A stretch of 36,206 nucleotides of DNA from Candidatus Levyibacteriota bacterium (GTDB taxonomy: Bacteria; Patescibacteriota; Microgenomatia; Levybacterales; UBA12049): contig JAHFKF010000002.1 of the NCBI GenBank assembly GCA_023245475.1, positions 1-36,206 of the forward strand, in the 5' to 3' direction. The translations under genes were made by a program, and so were the position numbers. This document shows, piece by piece, positions 17,516 through 24,102 of the stretch. Below the pieces are notes generated by a model, which saw only the letters and a list, made by a program, of their open reading frames with translations, made no database searches and had not been told where the DNA came from. Every line of letters begins with the position of its first letter. Position 1 is the stretch's first letter.

Positions 17516-17986
17516 CTAGCGCACACAACAGAGTGTGCCTGCTGCACAGTCCTTTTGCCCCTGAGCTACTCCTCCCGTACCTCTACACGCCTGTCCGTTA
17601 CTACAGGCACCTCCGAGATCAGCACATGTCGCAGCCGTAGCTGGATTGGTCTTGCCTGCCGGAGTTGCCCCCGGAATTCGCAAGATATCTACACCAATTA
17701 ATTCGAGAAGAACAAACGAGAAGACAATAAACAACAGTCCGATGACAACTGCAACGAATTCTTCTCTCCCCTGCTGCAGAGCTTCAGGTTTTCCTTGTGA
17801 GGTCATCATTCGATATCCTGCTCGCATGAAGAGTAATAAGCCTATCCCTCCAACCATTGCAAACAAAACCCCAAACGTTGTTGTAATAAATCCTGCGGGA
17901 TCTGTCTTTATATCCCCAAATGCAGTAGCCACAGATGAGCATCCTCCACTAGCATACGCTACACATGGTGGAGAGGGGGGAAGAGG
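17516..17986 (-). repeat. Paralogous 3' gene segment (copy A) shared with 18776-19249
   Basis: The encoded ~155 aa (from PLPPSPPCV to the end) are roughly 85-90% identical by eye to copy B. The segment contains a 65-nt identical tract (17634-17698 = 18897-18961). Confidence 0.85.
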
Positions 17987-18727
17987 AAGAGGTTTAGGTG
18001 TCACGGCTCCCTTTTTTCGAGCAGTATCTAACGCATCTTTTGCAACACAGCTTGGAGCGGCTGCTGGATTGGTAAATCGATTGATATCACAAACAAGCCC
18101 CTGAGCACTACAACAACTTCCAGCCTGTCCAGGATTCTCAGAACTACAGGTTTCTCCTTTGCCAAGACATGTTGACGTGCATTTTTTGGTTTTACTATCA
18201 CAGGTAAGATTTTGTCCTTGGCAACAGTCAGTATTACTACTGCATGTTTCATTCGATTTTTTACAAGCAACTGAAGTACATGTCCCGGCTGCACCTCCTG
18301 GCGCGGTACTACATTTTAAGTTCTCATTACTACAACAACTAGTATTGCCACCACATACTCCATCAACGTGACTACAAGGAACTTCAGCACATTTGTTATT
18401 GATACATTTAAGATTCTTATTTTGATCACAATTACTATCTTGCGTACATACCGAACCTTTTTGACCTGTGTTAGAGGCAAGGATACAGGTATTTTGTGTC
18501 TGACTTCCTGGTGTGGAATCACAAATAAGGGTTTGAGTTGCATCTCCATCAGGCCTTCTACAACACTCATCGCCAGGACCTGCAATACACCTATCACCAA
18601 CTGCCCCACCTCTTCCGGGCTGCGGCTGTCCTCCGTCATTGCAAACACTCGCCGCATACGCTGATTGTGATGAGAAAAAAATAAACAGGAAAAAGATAGC
18701 TATAGCAGGAAAGAAAAACCGTCTCAT
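17516..18727 (-). CDS. Cysteine-rich secreted protein A: knottin-like repeat head + VirB2/TrbC-like (T4SS-pilin-type) two-helix membrane module + 6-Cys tail
   Basis: 403 aa from ATG 18727. The ORF-track start at 18769 is TTG; ATG 18727 sits in the same context as the paralog start. Signal peptide MRRFFFPAIAIFFLFIFFSSQSAYA. 36 Cys by my count. Helix-loop-helix GFITTTFGVLFAMVGGIGLLLFM-RAGYRMMTSQGKPEALQQGREE-FVAVVIGLLFIVFSFVLLELIGV. Confidence 0.8.
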   Translation of the reverse strand: MRRFFFPAIAIFFLFIFFSSQSAYAASVCNDGGQPQPGRGGAVGDRCIAGPGDECCRRPDGDATQTLICDSTPGSQTQNTCILASNTGQKGSVCTQDSNCDQNKNLKCINNKCAEVPCSHVDGVCGGNTSCCSNENLKCSTAPGGAAGTCTSVACKKSNETCSSNTDCCQGQNLTCDSKTKKCTSTCLGKGETCSSENPGQAGSCCSAQGLVCDINRFTNPAAAPSCVAKDALDTARKKGAVTPKPLPLPPSPPCVAYASGGCSSVATAFGDIKTDPAGFITTTFGVLFAMVGGIGLLLFMRAGYRMMTSQGKPEALQQGREEFVAVVIGLLFIVFSFVLLELIGVDILRIPGATPAGKTNPATAATCADLGGACSNGQACRGTGGVAQGQKDCAAGTLCCVR

Positions 18728-18762
18728 TGTTTCAGAATGACATGTTAAGAAAAAAAATGCAA
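18728..18762 (-). promoter_or_regulatory. 35-nt upstream element, copy 1 (identical to 20102-20136), abutting the start codon
   Basis: The minus-strand sequence TTGCATTTTTTTTCTTAACATGTCATTCTGAAACA precedes ATG in both paralogs. No Shine-Dalgarno. It can be read as TTGCAT-17 nt-CATTCT-6 nt-ATG (weak -10). Confidence 0.5.
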
Positions 18763-18775
18763 TCAACAAGAATTA

Positions 18776-19249
18776 TTACTGGGGCACACAACAAAGAGTA
18801 CCTGCCGCACAATCCTTCTGCCCCTGTGCTACTCCTCCAGTACCTCTACATGCCTGCCCGTTACTACAAGCACCTCCTGCATCTGCACATGTTGCTGCCG
18901 TAGCTGGATTGGTCTTGCCTGCCGGAGTTGCCCCCGGAATTCGCAAGATATCTACACCAATCACTTCGAGAAGCACAGAGGAAAAGATTATAAACAGTAA
19001 ACCTACTATTACTGCAATGACTTCTTCTCTCCCTTGTTGCAAGGCCTCTGGTTTCCCTTGTGAGGTCATAATTCGATAACTTGCCCGCATGAAGAGTAAT
19101 AAGCCAATCCCTCCAACCAGTGCAAATAAAACTCCGAACGTTGTGGTAATAAAACCAACGGAATCTGTCTTTAGATCTCCAAATGCAGTAGCAACAGAAG
19201 TGCATCCTCCATTAACAAAAGAGACACACGGTGGAGACGGGGGAAGAGG
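18776..19249 (-). repeat. Paralogous 3' gene segment (copy B) shared with 17516-17986
   Basis: See copy A. Identical 65-nt tract at 18897-18961. Confidence 0.85.
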
Positions 19250-20101
19250 AATAGCTTTCTTATCATCTACTGCTCTACAGGAAACTCCCTGAGCAAGTTT
19301 ACCATCAAAAACGTCATCACGACTAAAGGTAGCAGCCGCATCGTTGTAACAGGATTGATTATCTTCTTTACATGCAGCATTTACTGGATTTTCCCCAGGG
19401 ATAGTACAATGATAGCCATTCTTCCCTTTGCCTTTTACACCAGGAGTCGTACAGGTACAACTAATTGTAGGTTCACACGTACAGGGAAGTTTGCTCATTC
19501 CACAAACTTGCTTACCAGCAAGACAATTAAATCCACCTGGACAGACAGCGCCATTTGTTTTGCAAGTAGTAGGAACGCAAACATTATTTTTGCAGGTCAG
19601 ATCTGTCCCACAGTTGCCACTAGCAGGACAGGCATCACCACTTTTGGCAACACCATTGTCTTGTCTGCTACAAACACCACCATCTGAACATGTTCCTCTT
19701 CCTCCAGAACAAGGAGATGTTGTCACTTTACAAACAAACCCACCTGGACAATCTCTATGCCCTGTAAGATTTTTATCACATGTCTTTGGCACACAGACTG
19801 AATCAGCACCACACTTTAGCCCAGAATCACAACCCCCAGGATCAGCATTCGGTGAGGGACACGCTTGACCTGCAGCAATACCGGCCTTTACACACGTGCC
19901 AGGACAGAGACCTCTGGCACATCTAGCAGTCTCAATACTACACGTAAGGCCACTGTCGCAGTTGCCTTGGCCGCCTGTCGTCGGGGCGGTACAGTTTGCA
20001 CCATCGCCAACGGCAAAAGACGGATTAAGAGGAGCAGAAACAACAAGAAGAAGAACTCCAAAAAGAAAGCCAAACAATAAAAAGAACTGGAGTTTTTTCA
20101 T
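18776..20101 (-). CDS. Cysteine-rich secreted protein B: divergent 4-Cys-repeat head + the same VirB2/TrbC-like two-helix module + 6-Cys tail
   Basis: 441 aa. Signal peptide MKKLQFFLLFGFLFGVLLLVVSAPLNPSFA. 40 Cys by my count. Repeated C..C.(S/G)G(L/F).C...C units. The C-terminal ~155 aa are near-identical to protein A. Confidence 0.8.
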   Translation of the reverse strand: MKKLQFFLLFGFLFGVLLLVVSAPLNPSFAVGDGANCTAPTTGGQGNCDSGLTCSIETARCARGLCPGTCVKAGIAAGQACPSPNADPGGCDSGLKCGADSVCVPKTCDKNLTGHRDCPGGFVCKVTTSPCSGGRGTCSDGGVCSRQDNGVAKSGDACPASGNCGTDLTCKNNVCVPTTCKTNGAVCPGGFNCLAGKQVCGMSKLPCTCEPTISCTCTTPGVKGKGKNGYHCTIPGENPVNAACKEDNQSCYNDAAATFSRDDVFDGKLAQGVSCRAVDDKKAIPLPPSPPCVSFVNGGCTSVATAFGDLKTDSVGFITTTFGVLFALVGGIGLLLFMRASYRIMTSQGKPEALQQGREEVIAVIVGLLFIIFSSVLLEVIGVDILRIPGATPAGKTNPATAATCADAGGACSNGQACRGTGGVAQGQKDCAAGTLCCVPQ

Positions 20102-20136
20102 TGTTTCAGAATGACATGTTAAGAAAAAAAATGCAA
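20102..20136 (-). promoter_or_regulatory. 35-nt upstream element, copy 2 (identical to 18728-18762)
   Basis: Same 35 nt directly 5' of the ATG of protein B. Only about 3 nt separate it from the rmuC stop codon. Confidence 0.5.
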
Positions 20137-20139
20137 GTT

Positions 20140-21105
20140 TTAGTCGGGCAGTTGTTTCATCGAAGAGAGCTTATTACCTAAGGTTGTTATACCTTTGGTA
20201 ACATTGTTAAATTGACCTGATGCATTCCCGAGATGCTTACCTAACACATCAAGGGATTCTGTCACCTTACCGTAATCAACCTGCAATGCTCGCAGCAAAC
20301 GAAATACCTCTTTTGATTGCGCTTCGATTTTCTTACCTTCAAATGATAACAAAATTGTTTGCAGATGTGCATAGAGAGTACTTGGTGAAACAATATACAC
20401 CCGTCGTGTTTTTGCATATTCAATAAGGTCATCCATCGTTACCAATTCATAAAAAACAGACTCACTGGGGACATACATCAATGCAAAATCCATTGTCCCT
20501 TCATCTGGTAAAATATACTTTTTAGCAATTGCATCAATGTGTCTTTTAATGTCTCTTGAGAAATCACGACGTGCAGCCGCTATCTCAGTCTCATTAGCAG
20601 CTTTCGCGAGACGTTGAAAATTCTCCATGGGAAACTTTGCATCAATTGGTAGTATTCCTCCATCTGTTTGAATTGCCGCATCGACCTTTTCACCTGAACG
20701 AAATTGATATTGTAAATGAAAGCTATTTTTGGGAAACGTTTGAGAGATTAAGTCTTTGAGCACCTGTTCTCCAATATTACCCCGCAACTTAGGGCTTTTA
20801 AGAAAATCCTGCAGCTCTCGCATGCTTCGTCCAATTTCACTCATTTCCCCAACTTCTTTTCCCACATCCCGCATTACCATAGAAGCTCGATCTAAACGGT
20901 CATTGAGTTGTTTAGAATTTTCTTGCAGCGTCTGCATCATATGAGAAGAATTGGCATCAACTGTCCGTTGCATCGTCTTAAGCCATTCAAGAAGCGCTTG
21001 ATCTGTAGAGGGTTTGTTCAGAGTTGAAATTTTTTTATTGAAATACCAAAAGCAGACAATAACAATGATCGTGAGGAGAATCAAAATGATACTTGTGATG
21101 TCCAT
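20140..21105 (-). CDS. rmuC: DNA recombination protein RmuC
   Basis: N-terminal TM (MDITSIILILLTIIVIVCFWYF), a coiled-coil region, then LPDEGTMDFALMYVPSESVFYE and YIVSPSTLYAHLQTI, typical of RmuC. The ORF opens at 21138. ATG 21105 is preferred because it leaves room for the divergent promoter. Confidence 0.85.
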   Translation of the reverse strand: MDITSIILILLTIIVIVCFWYFNKKISTLNKPSTDQALLEWLKTMQRTVDANSSHMMQTLQENSKQLNDRLDRASMVMRDVGKEVGEMSEIGRSMRELQDFLKSPKLRGNIGEQVLKDLISQTFPKNSFHLQYQFRSGEKVDAAIQTDGGILPIDAKFPMENFQRLAKAANETEIAAARRDFSRDIKRHIDAIAKKYILPDEGTMDFALMYVPSESVFYELVTMDDLIEYAKTRRVYIVSPSTLYAHLQTILLSFEGKKIEAQSKEVFRLLRALQVDYGKVTESLDVLGKHLGNASGQFNNVTKGITTLGNKLSSMKQLPD

Positions 21106-21112
21106 AACATTA

Positions 21113-21141
21113 TTGTACCATGAATGAGAAACTGACATAAT
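21113..21141 (+). promoter_or_regulatory. Candidate sigma70-type promoter TTGTAC-17 nt-CATAAT, ending 6 nt before ATG 21148
   Basis: Hexamers and spacing read directly from the sequence. No Shine-Dalgarno lies between the -10 and the ATG, implying a leaderless or near-leaderless mRNA. AT-rich DNA makes chance matches likely. Confidence 0.3.
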
Positions 21142-21147
21142 AAACTG

Positions 21148-21537
21148 ATGAGTAAAGTACTACTGATTGAAGATGATTTGTTCCTAAGAGATATTTATAT
21201 GCAGGTCTTGCAGGCGGAAGGCTTCACTGTCCTTACCGCAGATGATGGGGTTTCAGGCCTAGCACTCTGTAAGCAAAATGTTGACGCCTCCCTTGTGCTT
21301 CTTGATATTATGCTTCCTCGCATGCACGGCATTGATGTCCTCAAGCAAGTAAAAGCTGCCCCAGAGACAGCCAAGCTGATGGTTGTGATGCTCACAAACA
21401 TGAGTGAGGAAACAGTTGTCAAAGAAGCAATGCGGCTTGGGGCATATGCGTATTTACTTAAGGTCAAATTTACCCCACCAGAGCTGGTTGAAAAAGTAAA
21501 AGAATTTATCTCATTCCACAATACTCAGATTCAATAA
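21148..21537 (+). CDS. Stand-alone response regulator receiver domain (CheY-like)
   Basis: 129 aa. KVLLIEDD, LVLLDIMLPRMHGIDVLKQVK, MLTN, AYAYLLK. No output domain and no adjacent histidine kinase. Confidence 0.85.
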   Translation: MSKVLLIEDDLFLRDIYMQVLQAEGFTVLTADDGVSGLALCKQNVDASLVLLDIMLPRMHGIDVLKQVKAAPETAKLMVVMLTNMSEETVVKEAMRLGAYAYLLKVKFTPPELVEKVKEFISFHNTQIQ

Positions 21538-22140
21538 TTACAGACTGCTTGGCGTAAAAATGCTTGTGCATCTTAGTTGCTTTCCTTCAATATTCTCAAC
21601 TCTGTATACTTCTCCATGTTTCATATAAGCATCCGCTCCTGGCCGAAGAGATATATTCTTAATTGGCAGCTGTTTACTAATTGCCGAAACCAACATAATC
21701 GGATCTCCATGACTTACAGCAACAATTCTTTTCTCTGGATACAGACGAAACATCTTGTTAATAAAATTCCTCTGACGAGAAGCTACTTCTTCAATTGTTT
21801 CTCCTACAATAGCTTTGCCAAGCGCAGCAAAGATATCATAATCAAAGGTCTTAACGGTTGCAAATGGAGTACCCTGCAAGGAAGACTGTACTTCAAGCAA
21901 CTCTTTTGAGGTATGCGCGGGAAGATGCAATTTTTCACTTATAATCTTTGCTGTTTGACGAGCTCGAAGTAAAGGACTCGTATAGACAACGTCAATATGT
22001 TGACCTGCCAAAAAGGCAGCAGTTTGAGCAATTTGAGCTTTTCCTTTTTCAGAAAGTCCATAACCAGGAAGACGCCCATACCAAACTTCTTTGGGGTTAG
22101 AGACTTCCCCATGTCTGACAAAATAGATTGTTGTATTCAT
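21538..22140 (-). CDS. Histidine phosphatase family protein (phosphoglycerate-mutase-like)
   Basis: 200 aa. IYFVRHGE, SPLLRARQTA, VAVSHGD. Its stop codon abuts the convergent response regulator stop with 0 nt between them. Confidence 0.85.
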   Translation of the reverse strand: MNTTIYFVRHGEVSNPKEVWYGRLPGYGLSEKGKAQIAQTAAFLAGQHIDVVYTSPLLRARQTAKIISEKLHLPAHTSKELLEVQSSLQGTPFATVKTFDYDIFAALGKAIVGETIEEVASRQRNFINKMFRLYPEKRIVAVSHGDPIMLVSAISKQLPIKNISLRPGADAYMKHGEVYRVENIEGKQLRCTSIFTPSSL

Positions 22141-23153
22141 ACGCTAAAATATAATTCAGGATCTGCTGTGATTTCTTTCCAAGGAACAGGATGATAGTTA
22201 AAGTACGCAGCTGCGGCAATCATCGCACCGTTATCAGTACATAAAGACTTTCGCGGAGCAAAAATCTTAACTGAAAACTGAGACCTGAGAACTGAGAATG
22301 CATCTCGTAATGTTTGATTTGCAGCAACACCACCTGAGAGAAGAATTGCTGAAACGTTATATTCACGAGCAGCTTTGAGAGTTTTTTTGACAAGTACTGA
22401 AGTAATTGCATCCTGTGTTGCCCTCGCAATATCTGCAATGGTCTTTTCATCGAGTGTTCTTTGCCTTTGCACTTCACGAAGAACCGCAGTCTTAAGCCCT
22501 GAAAAAGAAAAATCATAATCAGGAGAACCAATAAGAGGCCGCGGAAATTGGAATCGTTTCGGATTACCCTTATGTGCAAGTGCTTCAATCTTAGGCCCTG
22601 CTGGATATTCAAATCCTAATAACCTGCCGATTTTATCAAACGCTTCCCCTGCGGCATCATCCCGAGTCCCCCCAAGGAGCTGAAAATCTCCATGCTTTTT
22701 CATAAGCAGCAGATCCGTGTGTCCACCAGAGACCACGAGGGCTAACGCAGGAAAGTGTATTTCATTCAGCTCTCCGTTCGTAATAAAATTCGCATAAATA
22801 TGACCAACCATATGATTGATGGGAACAATTGGTTTGTTCAACACGTAGGACAATGTTTTTGCTGTCTCGACACCCACCAAGAGCGACCCGATCAGTCCTG
22901 GTCCATAGGTTAAGGCAATCCCATCAATATCAAAAAGAGTAATACGTGCTTCCTCAAGTGCCTTCTGAATCACAGGAAGCATGTAGGTTAACTGTTCACG
23001 AGCTGCATTCTCAGGAATGATTCCACCAGTTTTGGAGTGGGTTGCCAAAGAAGAAGCAATGACGTTAGAAAGAACAGTTACATGGGTTGTATGTCCCTCG
23101 ATAATCGCAGCAGAAGTTTCGTCGCAAGAAGTTTCTATACCAAGCAGTTTCAT
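22137..23153 (-). CDS. tsaD: tRNA N6-adenosine threonylcarbamoyltransferase
   Basis: 338 aa. LGIETSCDETSAAI, MVGHIYA, SGGHT, SGGVAAN, CTDNGAMIA. Confidence 0.95.
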   Translation of the reverse strand: MKLLGIETSCDETSAAIIEGHTTHVTVLSNVIASSLATHSKTGGIIPENAAREQLTYMLPVIQKALEEARITLFDIDGIALTYGPGLIGSLLVGVETAKTLSYVLNKPIVPINHMVGHIYANFITNGELNEIHFPALALVVSGGHTDLLLMKKHGDFQLLGGTRDDAAGEAFDKIGRLLGFEYPAGPKIEALAHKGNPKRFQFPRPLIGSPDYDFSFSGLKTAVLREVQRQRTLDEKTIADIARATQDAITSVLVKKTLKAAREYNVSAILLSGGVAANQTLRDAFSVLRSQFSVKIFAPRKSLCTDNGAMIAAAAYFNYHPVPWKEITADPELYFSV

Positions 23154-23623
23154 TATTTAATAGTTACCAAGTCGCCTTTTTTAATATTATATTTCTTAAT
23201 CATTCCAGCACTTAGTTCAACTGCTTTCTCTGAATTGATAAATCCACCATAGGTCGTGATTTTGTCCTCAGGAGTTTTGCTATCAACGGGAGGAAGATTC
23301 TCAAATGCTGCTGAGACCTTTACTCCATCAATAAAGATCAAATCAATTGGGAAGTGCATACCTCTCATCCAAAAGGGATGATATCCTTTTTGTGGAAAGA
23401 CAAATAACATGCCTTGATCTGGTTTCAATGCTGTATATTTTATCAGGCCGATCTCTTGCTCTTTTTGGTCGGTGACGACTTCGACTTTAAAGCTACCATT
23501 ATTGATCATTACTGTTTGAGTTGTTCCGGACATGGTCTTTGCTGGTGTTTTGTTAAATTGATAAAACAAAAACCCTGCAAAAGCAATTAAAATAACACCT
23601 AAAATAATAATAATCTTGTTCAT
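23153..23623 (-). CDS. DUF192 domain protein with N-terminal membrane anchor
   Basis: 156 aa. GLIKYTALKPDQGMLFVF...FWMRGMHFPIDLIFID matches the DUF192 pattern. Confidence 0.8.
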   Translation of the reverse strand: MNKIIIILGVILIAFAGFLFYQFNKTPAKTMSGTTQTVMINNGSFKVEVVTDQKEQEIGLIKYTALKPDQGMLFVFPQKGYHPFWMRGMHFPIDLIFIDGVKVSAAFENLPPVDSKTPEDKITTYGGFINSEKAVELSAGMIKKYNIKKGDLVTIK

Positions 23624-24102
23624 ACTTCGTTTAACAGTGACACAAGTCTGGTTGTTGATTGATTACGAATTTGATCAATGACATCAATCACTTGTGCTCC
23701 AATTTGTGCTGCTTGTCGCTCTTTATGATGACGACTTGCATCCCCTCGTGTTGTAGCGATTATAGCAGGTTTTAGATCAATTACTAGTTTGTCATACTGG
23801 TAATTCACAAACGAATCAGGTAAAGGAATAACATAATCAACCATACACAGACATGAAAGTACAACCGCGCGATCATGTTGATTATTGATTGGGCGATCGT
23901 TGCCTTTTGTTTTTCTAATAGCTGCATCACTTTCAAGAAGAACAACGAGGACATCACCTGCTGCTTTTGCTTTTTCTAAAAATGTAATATGCCCCACGTG
24001 TAATAAATCAAAGCACCCACCGACCAACACAACCCGCTTGTGTTGCTTGTGCAAAAGCGCTGCTTCTTGTATTGCCTGATCAATTGTCACAATCTGTTTC
24101 AT
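23620..24102 (-). CDS. Cytidylyl/adenylyltransferase family protein (RfaE domain II-like)
   Basis: 160 aa. VVLVGGCFDLLHVGHITFLEKAKAAGDVLVVLLESDAAIRKTKGNDRPIN closely resembles the HldE/RfaE C-terminal nucleotidyltransferase domain. Confidence 0.8.
   Translation of the reverse strand: MKQIVTIDQAIQEAALLHKQHKRVVLVGGCFDLLHVGHITFLEKAKAAGDVLVVLLESDAAIRKTKGNDRPINNQHDRAVVLSCLCMVDYVIPLPDSFVNYQYDKLVIDLKPAIIATTRGDASRHHKERQAAQIGAQVIDVIDQIRNQSTTRLVSLLNEV

Noticed and set aside
18728-18769. Upstream TTG start (18769) for Cys-rich protein A
   Set aside because: It would add 14 residues before the signal peptide and would make the conserved 35-nt upstream element coding in one paralog only. ATG 18727 sits in the same context as the paralog's start.
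17516-19249. Diversity-generating retroelement (template/variable repeat) explanation for the duplicated 3' segments
   Set aside because: The differences between the copies are not restricted to adenine positions. The variable parts are the non-homologous heads rather than a C-terminal variable repeat. No reverse transcriptase or accessory gene is in the window.
17234-20114. Numerous plus-strand ORFs (e.g. 17234-17701, 17646-18104, 19428-19868, 19896-20114) and nested minus-strand ORFs inside the Cys-rich genes
   Set aside because: They are antisense or off-frame to two long ORFs that have signal peptides, paralogy and even Cys counts. The shadow ORFs are Pro/Arg/Lys/Ser-rich translation artefacts of Cys/Gly/Thr codon repeats and poly-purine tracts.
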